Below, piece by piece: positions 1 to 9,025 of a stretch of 53,181 bases of DNA (positions within the stretch are counted from its first letter, which is position 1; each line of letters opens with the position of its first letter). A program made the translations under genes and the position numbers. This DNA comes from a virus (lineage: Duplodnaviria > Caudoviricetes): the IMG/VR virus record IMGVR_UViG_3300022719_000025, positions 1 through 53,181 of that record. One strand, written 5' to 3'. Below the pieces are notes generated by a model. That model did no database searches and was not told the origin of the DNA. It was given only the letters and a program-made list of their open reading frames with translations.

Positions 1-148
1 GTCTTCTCCTTAAAGGAGAGTTCCGGAGAGGACTGGCCTCTCCGGAACTGTAACTTGACATTGCCCATCGTACCCTACAGAACTCGGAGACAGCGAACCC
101 AAACGTCCACCTCGGCACCATCATTGGTAGCACCTGCCGTAGCGTCAG
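1..148. repeat. Terminal direct repeat, left copy (circular assembly overlap)
   Basis: 1-148 matches 53034-53181 except T22 vs C53055. Confidence 0.95.
19..49 (-). terminator. Stem-loop between the 665..75 gene and the 53030 gene (terminator or processing hairpin)
   Basis: 13-bp inverted repeat AGTTCCGGAGAGG / CCTCTCCGGAACT with 5-nt loop; no strong U-tract. Confidence 0.5.
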
Positions 149-665
149 GATCTACAATAAGCTGAGCCTTCAGGCTTCCACCAGAAACTACTTCATCATT
201 GGCCAGGGCTACTGTTGCCGAAGGGAACCGATCTCCATTACCGTTGCCGTAGTCATCATCCATGGCAAAGTCCGCCAGGATGTCAGTTTCGGTCTCCGAC
301 GCAGCACCATCACCACGAATAACGGTTAGGTCCAGGTTACCAGCGTCACCATCAGTATAGTCGTCTGCTGTAATGTCGACTACCCTAAAGCCAACCTCCA
401 GGACTTTCAGCTTATAAGGACAATCCTTATTGTACCACTGGACTGTATAGGTAGTGGAAGCTGCCGGACTGTTGGCAGCAATACCAACTCTACCTACCAA
501 GGTAAACTCTTGACCCACTGCAATCTGAGACGCTGAAGCAGTAGGAGTCCCTAGACCTCCTAGAGTTTGAAGAATGGACTCAGGGCTCTGAGTCACTACG
601 TTATACTTACTGTCACCGTCGATGTTAGTCTGAATCGCCGTCTTAGGATTATGCGTCAAAGGCAT
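75..665 (-). CDS. Putative virion structural protein (decoration/jelly-roll-like), acidic and beta-rich
   Basis: ORF 75..695; ATG at 665 has a GGAG RBS and a consensus promoter upstream; D/T/A/G/V-rich like the other structural proteins. Confidence 0.5.
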   Translation of the reverse strand: MPLTHNPKTAIQTNIDGDSKYNVVTQSPESILQTLGGLGTPTASASQIAVGQEFTLVGRVGIAANSPAASTTYTVQWYNKDCPYKLKVLEVGFRVVDITADDYTDGDAGNLDLTVIRGDGAASETETDILADFAMDDDYGNGNGDRFPSATVALANDEVVSGGSLKAQLIVDPDATAGATNDGAEVDVWVRCLRVL

Positions 666-741
666 AGAATTTCTCCAAAAAATGTGTTGCAACACACGAA
701 AACCATGTCCCCCCTACCTCAACCTATAGCTGGGCAGACGG

Positions 742-760
742 AGACTCTACTCCTCTACAC
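742..760 (-). promoter_or_regulatory. Dispersed 19-bp motif GTGTAGAGGAGTAGAGTCT, copy 1 (overlaps predicted TSS)
   Basis: Identical to 8951-8969 and 39934-39952. Confidence 0.7.
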
Positions 761-763
761 CTT

Positions 764-792
764 ATTATAGTCCCCGAATCGCTAGTTGTCAA
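764..792 (-). promoter_or_regulatory. Sigma70-type promoter TTGACA-N17-TATAAT
   Basis: Perfect consensus, -35 at 787-792, -10 at 764-769. Confidence 0.85.
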
Positions 793-849
793 GTCCTTTC
801 TTTACCCCCAGCAGTCCTAGAAAGGGGGAAAATTTTTTCGTTAAAAAAC

Positions 850-878
850 TTGACGCGGGCGATTTTTAAGCCTAAAGT
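850..878 (+). promoter_or_regulatory. Sigma70-type promoter TTGACG-N17-TAAAGT for the tRNA-like gene and replication module
   Basis: -35 at 850-855, -10 at 873-878, A/T tracts upstream. Confidence 0.7.
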
Positions 879-905
879 TTGGTGATCGCGGCGAAAAATG
901 CCGTT

Positions 906-993
906 GCTCCCGTAGCTCAAAAGGTAGAGCGATCCGAACTCGCTATATGTGCGGATGTAGGAAAGGTTGTAGGTTCGACTCCTACCGGGAGCT
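906..993 (+). tRNA. tRNA-like gene with oversized anticodon region (isotype undetermined; pseudo-tRNA or insertion-containing)
   Basis: Acceptor GCTCCCG/CGGGAGC, D-stem GCTC/GAGC, T-arm GTAGG-TTCGACT-CCTAC; 38 nt between D and T arms instead of about 23; no encoded CCA. Confidence 0.75.
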
Positions 994-1020
994 TATAAAT
1001 TTAAGAGGGTAGAAAGTCAA

Positions 1021-1248
1021 ATGTGCTGTGACTCTTGTTGGGAGAAGGCGAGAATCGTGATACTACCTGGTGAATGGACAGTTAATCGTAGGGCCAACGG
1101 TCTGATAGAATGGGTTTGTCCTCACGGCGTGGGCCACCCTGCCCCTAAGGAGCATCAAGGCCACGATCTCCGGGACTGTGACTACATTCACGGGTGTGAC
1201 GGTTGCTGTTCTTATCTGAGGGGGGACGACGATGACAATGGAGTTTAG
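1021..1248 (+). CDS. Small Cys/His-rich metal-binding phage protein
   Basis: CPHGVGHP and HGCDGCC motifs; purine-rich GAGGG upstream. Confidence 0.6.
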   Translation: MCCDSCWEKARIVILPGEWTVNRRANGLIEWVCPHGVGHPAPKEHQGHDLRDCDYIHGCDGCCSYLRGDDDDNGV

Positions 1249-3847
1249 TCGATGTAGTGACTGCACATTGTGCCCCCTCCATGAGGGAGTGGAGACCGTT
1301 TGTGTACCAGCAGAGCCCTATCTGCCTGTCGCTGAGAGGATGGACCGAGCTATCCTAGTAGTGGGCGAGGCACCCGGAAAGTTGGAGGACTTGAAGGGTA
1401 AGCCGTTCATTGGAAAGTCCGGCCACCTCTTGCGGCAGGTTTATATAGAATTCTTCAAGTTCCACGTTGATACTGACGTGTATCTGACTAACGCGGTGAA
1501 GTGCCGACCTCCAGAGAACAAGACTCCGACCAAAGGGCAGATCAAGAAATGCCAACCATATCTGTTGCAGGACATTGAAATCCTGAAGCAGGAATATAAA
1601 GAAGTCATTGTGCTCTGTGTCGGCGCCACCGCCTGTCAGTCAGTAGTTGGAACCAGCTTGAAGGTTGCCCTCGGTAGGCAGGGAGACTGTAGAGAACTGG
1701 GAGTCCCCGTCTTTGCTACCTACCACCCCTCCTATGTACTGCGTGACCCTTCACAGGGCATCAGTGTTAAGTCCCATCTTCAGATGTTGAGGGACTTCCT
1801 AGATGGCGGGTTAGAGTACGCTATCGACCCCGAAAAACTGGAAATTGACATTGCCCCCCCTCCTCCAAAGTATCAGGTCTCCATACTGTCTCTTGATATC
1901 GAGACTTATGGTGCTGTAACTAATAAGCCTAAGCAGACGATGTTCCACCCACGTAAGAGTGAGGCAGTGGATGGTGTATGCAAGGAGGCTATGATTGAGA
2001 CAGTAGGTATTTCGTGGCGTGACCCGAAGGGAGAATTGAAACATGCCATCTTCGTGATGAAGGACCGGACACACCAACGACGGTTATTAGCATGGATTAT
2101 GAAGTGCCAGCGTGATGACAACTTCAAGTACCTCGTCGGGGCAAATATCATCTTCGACCTGATGTATCTCAGGTATTGCTATAAGGAGTTTGAAGTATGT
2201 TTGAATCACCACCTACCTATATGGGATACTATTATCTCAAACTACCTCTACGACGAGAATCGCCCGGAAAAGTCGTTGAAGAATTTGGCCCCCCTTCTAC
2301 GCGTTACCAAGTACAATATCGGTGGAGATTTTCAGCGTTTCTCAGACGCCCACGATCCCAATCTCTGGAAATACAACTGTCAAGACACTGCTGCAACCCT
2401 GCTGATACACGAGAAGATAGAGAGGGAGCTATCGTCCCTGTATGGTGGGCAATCTAATAAGCTCGGGGACTACTGCTACGCATGGTACTCGGACGTGCTG
2501 TGGCTCATAATCTGGATGACTGAGACAGGAGTGAGGATGGATGATGAAGAACTTTCGTCAACATTTGAGAGATACAAACAGGCTTTGGAACGCATCATGC
2601 AGCACTCCCTCGATGCGTACGGAGCTCCGCTTCGAGGAAAAGGCAGTGAGAAGTCCAAGAGAGCAGTTATGGAGTCGTCTGCCCTGCGGGCTATGGGACC
2701 ACAAGGTAAAGGTTCGGGAGATGTACCTCTCAAGCGTACTAAAGAGAGAGGTCTCATCAGTTTTAATGTGGAGAATCGAAACACGCTTCTCCCGCTACTA
2801 CCCCGAGAATCGAGAGAGTATAAACAACTCAAACTAATGGGAGTATACCAAGATGTTGCTGGATTACTGGACCGGTACCTCTACCCTCTGCTCGTTGGCC
2901 GAGGAAAGGCACATGATAAGCTCGACACTGTACTCCTTGACGGGGTGGCGTATCCTCGATGGTTCCCTGTACCCTCCGAGTTCGAGGATTCCTCCGGAGG
3001 AACGAAACAGGCGAGAATTGTGGCTAAAGCACCGCCAGTACAGACGTTTCCTCCTATTATCAAGAAGACCATCACGGGTCGTTTCCCATCCGGATTCCAT
3101 CTATGGTTTGATTACTCACAGATTGAACTCAGAATTGCTGCCCTCCTAAGTAACGACGGGCCTATGATGGAGGAGTACCAAGGCAAGCCCGACTTGCATG
3201 GTGCTACAGCCAAGCTAATCTTTGGTCACGACATCGTGAACCACCAGAATTTCCAGAAGCTCTATCGACAGGCAGGAAAAAGAACTAACTTCCTCATGCT
3301 CTTTCTGGGCCAGGCTAAGACCTTGCACGAAAGTCTTATGAAGGACGTAGGGTTAGATTACCCAATCATAGAGTGTGCTAAGGCGATAGATGCTTTCTGG
3401 AAAAAACATCACCAACTCTCCAAATGGCAGAAGGAGTTGCTGGCGTTTGTCCGAAAGCACGGTTACTACGAACTCCCGCTAATCGGACAGTCCCGACTAT
3501 TCTTAGGTGCGGGAGGCAGGAGGAACAACAGAGTATGGGACTCTGAGATAGTAAACCTACCTATACAGGCTACGGCAGCTAACATTATGCTGTCCTGTCA
3601 GTACGAACTGTGGAGACGGTTCAAGGAGGAGAAGCTGAAGGCTGTGGCTCCTATGAACGTCTACGATGCGGCATTCATTGAGTGTCCAAAGTACGAGATT
3701 TACAAGGTGAGGAGGATCATCGCCGACGTGGTGCCCAATCCTCCTTATTTCCAAGATCTATGTGAGTACCTCGGCAGGTCTATCCCGCTGGAGTACGACC
3801 TAGAGGAGTACCGCAGTGAAACGACTGAAAAGAATTGTGTTGCCTGA
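1232..3847 (+). CDS. polA: Family A DNA polymerase with N-terminal family-4 uracil-DNA glycosylase-like domain and 3'-5' exonuclease
   Basis: UDG motifs CxxCxL, VVGEAPG, PFIGKSG, TNAVKCRPP, TYHPSY; exo DIET, GANIIFD, YNCQD; Pol motif A DYSQIELR, B RQAGKRTNF, C VYDA. Confidence 0.93.
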   Translation: MTMEFSRCSDCTLCPLHEGVETVCVPAEPYLPVAERMDRAILVVGEAPGKLEDLKGKPFIGKSGHLLRQVYIEFFKFHVDTDVYLTNAVKCRPPENKTPTKGQIKKCQPYLLQDIEILKQEYKEVIVLCVGATACQSVVGTSLKVALGRQGDCRELGVPVFATYHPSYVLRDPSQGISVKSHLQMLRDFLDGGLEYAIDPEKLEIDIAPPPPKYQVSILSLDIETYGAVTNKPKQTMFHPRKSEAVDGVCKEAMIETVGISWRDPKGELKHAIFVMKDRTHQRRLLAWIMKCQRDDNFKYLVGANIIFDLMYLRYCYKEFEVCLNHHLPIWDTIISNYLYDENRPEKSLKNLAPLLRVTKYNIGGDFQRFSDAHDPNLWKYNCQDTAATLLIHEKIERELSSLYGGQSNKLGDYCYAWYSDVLWLIIWMTETGVRMDDEELSSTFERYKQALERIMQHSLDAYGAPLRGKGSEKSKRAVMESSALRAMGPQGKGSGDVPLKRTKERGLISFNVENRNTLLPLLPRESREYKQLKLMGVYQDVAGLLDRYLYPLLVGRGKAHDKLDTVLLDGVAYPRWFPVPSEFEDSSGGTKQARIVAKAPPVQTFPPIIKKTITGRFPSGFHLWFDYSQIELRIAALLSNDGPMMEEYQGKPDLHGATAKLIFGHDIVNHQNFQKLYRQAGKRTNFLMLFLGQAKTLHESLMKDVGLDYPIIECAKAIDAFWKKHHQLSKWQKELLAFVRKHGYYELPLIGQSRLFLGAGGRRNNRVWDSEIVNLPIQATAANIMLSCQYELWRRFKEEKLKAVAPMNVYDAAFIECPKYEIYKVRRIIADVVPNPPYFQDLCEYLGRSIPLEYDLEEYRSETTEKNCVA

Positions 3848-4598
3848 TGCACACATTCCGTTCCACGACAAGCCTATAATCAAGGCGTGGCTGGATTTTG
3901 TACGGGAGGAAGAACCAGATGGAATCGACATCATTGGAGATCTATTGGATTGCTATTCACTATCCCGCTTCGACAAGAATCCACATGTCCGCCGCGCTGG
4001 ATTCAGCGATGAAGTCGAACAGGGACGTGAGATGCTGGAGAAGATTCGGGAGGCGGTTCCTGAGGCCGAGATCCGTTACTCTGAAGGAAACCATGAGCAA
4101 CGTCTTACGAGATTACTATGGGGCCCTGCGAAAGAACTTGCTGAGTTGCGAGGAATGTCCATCCCTGAGATACTTGGTCTCGACGACCTAAATATACACT
4201 GGCACACGTTGGGGGATCCTTATAAAATTCGGGATCTTTGGTACACACACGGAGCCCTTATCCGCAAGAATGGAGGGATGACGGCCAAGGCTACCTCGGA
4301 CAAGATCGAGGGTAGCGTAATGATCGGCCACACCCACCGGATGGGCTTTGTCCCGACGACTTCGTGGAAAGGTATCCGCTGTGGCTACGAGGCCGGACAC
4401 CTTGCCAACTACAAGGACTTGGATTACATTGATGGTATTCCCCAATGGCAACAGGGCTGGGCAGTCGTCCACTTCTTGCCCAACGGACACCATCAAGTAG
4501 AATTTGTGGAGATGCGTAATGTCACGAAAACCAAGCGAGCCCTCATCTACCGAGGCGAAGAAATCTGGCGTGGAAGACGTACTAAAAGAACACGTTAG
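3816..4598 (+). CDS. Calcineurin-like metallophosphoesterase
   Basis: DAH, GDLLD, GNHE, THG, GHTHR motifs. Confidence 0.9.
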   Translation: MKRLKRIVLPDAHIPFHDKPIIKAWLDFVREEEPDGIDIIGDLLDCYSLSRFDKNPHVRRAGFSDEVEQGREMLEKIREAVPEAEIRYSEGNHEQRLTRLLWGPAKELAELRGMSIPEILGLDDLNIHWHTLGDPYKIRDLWYTHGALIRKNGGMTAKATSDKIEGSVMIGHTHRMGFVPTTSWKGIRCGYEAGHLANYKDLDYIDGIPQWQQGWAVVHFLPNGHHQVEFVEMRNVTKTKRALIYRGEEIWRGRRTKRTR

Positions 4599-4708
4599 GC
4601 ATCTCTCCATGAAGACGGCGAAGGAGTATTTTGAGTACGAGTTTCACCATCGTTGTCGGGATTATGAAGACGATAACGATGCGTGTGATGCAAGTGAAGG
4701 AGTAGGTT

Positions 4709-4861
4709 ATGTCAGGCCCCCCCAATACTGATTACATGGAAGGACCTCCTCCAGCACCCTATCCTATGCCGGGGATGTTGGTCGAGATCCTTGAAGTAGA
4801 GTACAAGATCGACGAAGTAGACCTTATAAAGGGAAAGGTAGTGTTAAGACGTGTCCAATGA
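4709..4861 (+). CDS. Small hypothetical protein (50 aa, not in ORF track)
   Basis: AGGAG RBS at 4698; MSGPPNTDYMEGPPPAPYPMPGMLVEILEVEYKIDEVDLIKGKVVLRRVQ. Confidence 0.55.
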   Translation: MSGPPNTDYMEGPPPAPYPMPGMLVEILEVEYKIDEVDLIKGKVVLRRVQ

Positions 4862-4873
4862 GGAGATTTATTG

Positions 4874-5029
4874 ATGTTTGACCCAGAAACGTGGGCTATA
4901 TGGTGTGAGGAGTGTCTGAAGAATGACTGCACTAGAGAACTTCAATATAATGGTGCTGCCAGTTCGACTGAGGGAATTGTATTCACTTGTCCAGAGTGTG
5001 GAGGTTCTGAGACCTATGTCAAAGGGTGA
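4874..5029 (+). CDS. Small zinc-ribbon protein (51 aa, not in ORF track)
   Basis: AGGAG RBS at 4861; CEEC and CPEC pairs. Confidence 0.65.
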   Translation: MFDPETWAIWCEECLKNDCTRELQYNGAASSTEGIVFTCPECGGSETYVKG

Positions 5030-5261
5030 TTGGAAAAGGCCAATAGATGACAAAGAAACGTACCAAAAAAACTACGAAGCAATCTTCGGGGAGCCTAAGC
5101 TCAACATCTGGAATCCAGAAGATGAGGATCATCCCAACCGCGATAACGGTACTGGTGGACACAAGGGAGCAGAGGCCCCTCCTGTTCCCAGCAACGATGG
5201 AAGTGTGGATGGTCGGGCAGAAGAAGACAGTGATAATCAAGACCGAGAAGAAGTGTCTTGA
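5016..5261 (+). CDS. Small hypothetical phage protein (MSKGDWKRP...YEAIFG)
   Basis: GGAGG RBS at 5000; C-terminal part runs into the next gene in another frame. Confidence 0.55.
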   Translation: MSKGDWKRPIDDKETYQKNYEAIFGEPKLNIWNPEDEDHPNRDNGTGGHKGAEAPPVPSNDGSVDGRAEEDSDNQDREEVS

Positions 5262-5739
5262 CGCGGGCGACTATGCCTTGAAAGGATATGAACACGTATG
5301 TCTAGTGGAACGCAAGGGCAGCATGGGAGAGTTGAGCAAGAACCTGTTGTCTCCAGATCGTGGAAGGTTCAACAAGGCTTTCGGACTGTTAATGGAAACG
5401 TGCGAGGAGCCCGTCCTACTGCTGGACTTCTCGATAGCATCGGCGATGAGGCCCAACCGATACTGCCCAAATCCTACCAAGACAATGGACGCACTCCTCC
5501 AGTTAATTTCTCAGAAGATCCCTTCTGGTACATCTGGAACATGCTATGGGAAAAAGACCCGGTTTGGGGTCTTATGGAGCAACGGAAGCAGGGCACACGG
5601 CCCACGGAGAGTCTTGGGGGAGACGATTGCGCGATTGATGCTTCACCACGCTTTAGAGTACGAGGCCACCATCCAGTCGAGAGGTGTAGACATTGACCAG
5701 ATACTTCGAGACGTTGAACAAGATAGCGGAACTAGCTAA
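5122..5739 (+). CDS. ERCC4/XPF-family nuclease (possible junction resolvase)
   Basis: VDTREQ, GDY, ERK motifs; start uncertain (ORF opens at 5047). Confidence 0.85.
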   Translation: MRIIPTAITVLVDTREQRPLLFPATMEVWMVGQKKTVIIKTEKKCLDAGDYALKGYEHVCLVERKGSMGELSKNLLSPDRGRFNKAFGLLMETCEEPVLLLDFSIASAMRPNRYCPNPTKTMDALLQLISQKIPSGTSGTCYGKKTRFGVLWSNGSRAHGPRRVLGETIARLMLHHALEYEATIQSRGVDIDQILRDVEQDSGTS

Positions 5740-6313
5740 CCCATTGAGGATCACAGGGATGAAGGAAAAAGTATATGAAACCAAAGACAGCGGCGAACGG
5801 CGTACCTTTGATACTGGGGCGAGACGGGACACCGCAACAGGGAAAGGTCGCTATGATCTCCTTCCCCCAAAAGCCCTCCATCACCTCGCTCAGTTACTCG
5901 AACGGGGTGCTGACAAGTATGGAGCTAGAAACTGGGAAAAAGGGATGCCGTTGTCGGTGTATCTTAACAGTGCCACGAGGCATCTTTTCCAACTGCTTGC
6001 CCGGCACGACGACGAGGACCACGCAGCGGCTGTACTCTTTAACGTGGCTGCATACATCGAAACACTGGATAAGATCGAAGCTGGTACGCTTCCTGAGGAG
6101 TTGGATGATTTACCCCCGCTCTTGGAAACGGAAGAAAAAAAATCCTTAAAAAACGCCGACGAAAACTTGACCCCCAAAGAAAAACCGGCTAACATCAGCA
6201 GCGACAAAACACACACCGCGTTCCTTCAGTGTTATAGATGTGGCTGTGTACAAGAACATAAGATAGATCATCTAGCCGGACCGACGTGTTTGGCATGTGG
6301 GAGTTCCATTTGA
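5693..6313 (+). CDS. dATP/dGTP diphosphohydrolase-like (DUF5664-type) protein with C-terminal zinc ribbon
   Basis: FDTGARRD...GKGRYDLLP, GADKYGARNWEKGMP, EDHAAAVLFN; CYRC...CLAC at C-terminus; start probably about 5759. Confidence 0.8.
   Translation: MTRYFETLNKIAELANPLRITGMKEKVYETKDSGERRTFDTGARRDTATGKGRYDLLPPKALHHLAQLLERGADKYGARNWEKGMPLSVYLNSATRHLFQLLARHDDEDHAAAVLFNVAAYIETLDKIEAGTLPEELDDLPPLLETEEKKSLKNADENLTPKEKPANISSDKTHTAFLQCYRCGCVQEHKIDHLAGPTCLACGSSI
6167..6195 (+). promoter_or_regulatory. Internal sigma70-type promoter TTGACC-N17-TAACAT for recombination genes
   Basis: -35 at 6167-6172, -10 at 6190-6195, A-tracts upstream. Confidence 0.55.
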
Positions 6314-7448
6314 TATGAGTAGTCACAAACGAATCAAAGGCAAGGCCCTTCAGAAGGCCAACGGCTGTACCACTCTAGGTGATGTGCCGATTGAGGTAGC
6401 GGACTTCTTCACTGACATTAGGAAGCCCCTCATTCGTAGTTCTCCTGTCAGTACGTTCGATGAGTGCCCTCGTAAGTTCCTCTACCAGTACAAGCTGGGC
6501 ATCAGTCCGAAGACCTACGACAGCGGGCTACAGACAGGTAGCTTTACTCATACGATGCTGGAGTCCTTGTTCCTCGGTAAGGATCAACAGACAGCTATTG
6601 ACACAGTGAAGATCCAGGCCAGTCAACGGGAGCAGGAACTGATCGAGGCCGCTGGCCCCAGTGGATTCCTAGGCAGTGGACAGGACATTGCTACCGCTCT
6701 CGTTAAGATGGACGAGGACTTGCACAAGGGAATCGCAATGGCCCTCACCTTCTGGCACCTCAAGGGTAAGGCTCTCGAAGGCTACGAGGTGCTCAAAGAT
6801 CCTGAAGGTGTACTCATGGTTGAGCGGGTGCTCGATGTGAAGCACCCCGAATTTACACAAATGATGAGGTGCCCATGTGACCTCGTTCTTGTTAAGAAGG
6901 ATACTAAAGACGTTTGGATACTCGACTTCAAAACTACAAGCCTTTCGATTGCTATGCGGCTGGCTTCGACCAAGTTCTCGCCTCAAATCAAAATCTATAG
7001 GCTTGCACTACAGACAGTCCTCGATGAATGGGATCTTGGATATACAGTTAAGGGAAGTATTCATGCTGTCATCCAGAAGCCGACGATCAAGTATTGCCCC
7101 AAGACTAAGGACAAAGGCGGCTTCCATGAGTATGTTGCTCGGCTAATTAAGTGGTATAAGGACAAGGACCAGACCGATAAGGTTGCGATGGTGCTAGACT
7201 ACAACAGGTTCTCTGGGCCGCTTGTGGACCAAGAGTTTCGCAATCGGATGAAACAATACTGTGCGGCTGCTAATGCCAGCCCGAATGTCCAAAACTTTTA
7301 CCGTACAGGTAACGGAGCCTGTACTAAGTACAACAAGGTGTGTCCGTTCATGGCCCTATGCAACAGTGACTTTGCCATGTGGCCTGATATTATTCGTAGT
7401 CAATACGAGATCAAGTTTAGAGAGGACGAGGAAAATGCAGAAGGCTAA
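6297..7448 (+). CDS. PD-(D/E)XK Cas4/AddB-like exonuclease with probable Fe-S cysteines
   Basis: CPRK, GSFTH, E...DLV...DFKT, QxxxY, C-terminal CTKYNKVCPFMALC. Confidence 0.85.
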   Translation: MGVPFDMSSHKRIKGKALQKANGCTTLGDVPIEVADFFTDIRKPLIRSSPVSTFDECPRKFLYQYKLGISPKTYDSGLQTGSFTHTMLESLFLGKDQQTAIDTVKIQASQREQELIEAAGPSGFLGSGQDIATALVKMDEDLHKGIAMALTFWHLKGKALEGYEVLKDPEGVLMVERVLDVKHPEFTQMMRCPCDLVLVKKDTKDVWILDFKTTSLSIAMRLASTKFSPQIKIYRLALQTVLDEWDLGYTVKGSIHAVIQKPTIKYCPKTKDKGGFHEYVARLIKWYKDKDQTDKVAMVLDYNRFSGPLVDQEFRNRMKQYCAAANASPNVQNFYRTGNGACTKYNKVCPFMALCNSDFAMWPDIIRSQYEIKFREDEENAEG

Positions 7449-7605
7449 GGTGGAGATTTCCGATGCACTGGGGTTACTCAAGGTAACTATAGACATGGAC
7501 ATCACTAGGGAGTATGCAGCACACATGCTTCAACAAGCTATAAGCTGTGCAGGAATGAACCCAGACATAAAACTAAAGGAGGGTGACAATGTCAAAGACC
7601 ACTAG
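7435..7605 (+). CDS. Small hypothetical protein (56 aa)
   Basis: GAGG RBS, fills the gap between exonuclease and ATPase. Confidence 0.5.
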   Translation: MQKAKVEISDALGLLKVTIDMDITREYAAHMLQQAISCAGMNPDIKLKEGDNVKDH

Positions 7606-8488
7606 TGTAGTGTCGGGGCGAGAGATTCCCAAGGAGTTCGCGGGGATCAGTGGACTGTCTTCCGGCTTCAACCCCTCCGCACTGTCGGAGTCGAGGCTGG
7701 TGATTACGGGGATGCCTGGGGCGGGTAAGTCTACTTTCCTCAATAGCTTCCCATTCCTCTTGATGTTGGACCCCGAGCGAGGGGGCGACACCGTAGCAGA
7801 CCCGAGGGCATTACGGTTTACCGCACCCCCCGAGCTTGACATCAAGGATGTTCCTGCTGCCTACGAGGGCATGGTCGATAAGACTATCGCCTCCGCTAAG
7901 GACAGTGGGTTTACGATGATCGGTATCGACACGATTGACGAGTTCATTGACGTGTTCGCCGAAGCATTCTGTGCCCGTCACAACATCCCGGACCTGCTGG
8001 CTTACAGCGGGGGGGATGGTAACGGGTACACTATTGTCCGCAAGCAGGTGTTCGGTCTACTGGATCGTGTTCATCGTGCGGGCCTCGGGTGGGCCATCAT
8101 TGCCCACACTACCACTAAGACTGTTCGGTCTGGAGGGGAGGAAAAGGAAGTGACTCGACTGGCTGTTAGCGACTCATTCCGTGCCGCTATTTTTAAGAAG
8201 TGCGAGCACATGCTGTTCATTGAACACGGAGTCGAGGAACAGACCATTCCCGGTAAGGAAAGAACAATCAAAGGTAAAGTAATCAAAGGCAAGGACCGTA
8301 AAGAGTATCAGAAGGTACGAGTCCTGAAGACTAGACCAGGTGGTTTGTTTATGGGTGGTGATGCGCAGGACGTAAAGGTTCGAGTACCACTTCCCGAACG
8401 TATGGTACTCCCAGAAGTTGGCGGGTACGAGGTATTTGATGCTGCCTATAGTGTGGCAGTAGGTAACTTGACAGGAGAAAACAAATGA
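7583..8488 (+). CDS. sak4: AAA_24/Sak4-like recombination ATPase
   Basis: GMPGAGKS Walker A, DPERG, IGIDTID Walker B, GNGY, IIAH; between exonuclease and SSB. Confidence 0.8.
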   Translation: MTMSKTTSVVSGREIPKEFAGISGLSSGFNPSALSESRLVITGMPGAGKSTFLNSFPFLLMLDPERGGDTVADPRALRFTAPPELDIKDVPAAYEGMVDKTIASAKDSGFTMIGIDTIDEFIDVFAEAFCARHNIPDLLAYSGGDGNGYTIVRKQVFGLLDRVHRAGLGWAIIAHTTTKTVRSGGEEKEVTRLAVSDSFRAAIFKKCEHMLFIEHGVEEQTIPGKERTIKGKVIKGKDRKEYQKVRVLKTRPGGLFMGGDAQDVKVRVPLPERMVLPEVGGYEVFDAAYSVAVGNLTGENK

Positions 8489-8946
8489 GTGATGCTTTTA
8501 CTGACGTACTGAGTGGCTGTGTCGAAGCTTGTAACGACATGGACTTGAACGACGACAGTTGGATGCCCACCCCGGGCAACTACACGGTCCAGTTGGAGAA
8601 GATCCAGACGGGCACAAAGGAGAAGAACGGACTCCAGAATGCTTGGGTCAAGCCCTTCTTCTCTATCGTGGATGGGGAGTTCGAGGGCAAGTCTTTTACG
8701 GACTACTACTGGATTACCCCGAATCCGGACAAGCCGAGTCCGGCGTTGCGTTCGCTGTGTCGTCTGGCTACCTGCATCAGTGGGTCCGAAGTTAAGAATC
8801 CCGTGGATGCAATTAACATTGCTCAGGATGCAGAGGGTGAGTTCTTGTCGGTAGAGGTCTTCCAGAAGGAGGCCCGAAACGGCAAGACTTACACCAACAT
8901 TCGTTTCCTGAGTCGTATTGACTCAACCGAAGAAGCGGATGGCTAA
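8485..8946 (+). CDS. Single-stranded DNA-binding protein (DUF669-like)
   Basis: PTPGNYTV, DGEFEGKSFTDYY, GKTYTNI, acidic C-terminus; follows Sak4-like gene. Confidence 0.7.
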   Translation: MSDAFTDVLSGCVEACNDMDLNDDSWMPTPGNYTVQLEKIQTGTKEKNGLQNAWVKPFFSIVDGEFEGKSFTDYYWITPNPDKPSPALRSLCRLATCISGSEVKNPVDAINIAQDAEGEFLSVEVFQKEARNGKTYTNIRFLSRIDSTEEADG

Positions 8947-8950
8947 CCAA

Positions 8951-8969
8951 GTGTAGAGGAGTAGAGTCT
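8951..8969 (+). promoter_or_regulatory. Dispersed 19-bp motif, copy 2, followed by a GC hairpin (8970-9002)
   Basis: GTGTAGAGGAGTAGAGTCT directly after the SSB stop codon. Confidence 0.7.
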
Positions 8970-9025
8970 GGGGGGCCTCTGAGGTATAGCCTCATGCCCC
9001 CCTGCTCGTTTCTGAAGTACCGAGA

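Noticed and set aside
55-83. + strand TTGACA at 55-60 (and 8468-8473) as promoters
   Set aside because: No acceptable -10 box at 16-18 bp spacing
1-148. Terminal repeat as the physical DTR of the virion
   Set aside because: It cuts through a gene, and its length is typical of an assembler overlap; treated as circularisation evidence only
906-993. tRNA gene as attP site for integration
   Set aside because: No integrase or recombinase recognised in the genome
6297-7448. Cas4-like nuclease as evidence of a CRISPR system
   Set aside because: It sits in an exonuclease-Sak4-SSB recombination module, a common phage context
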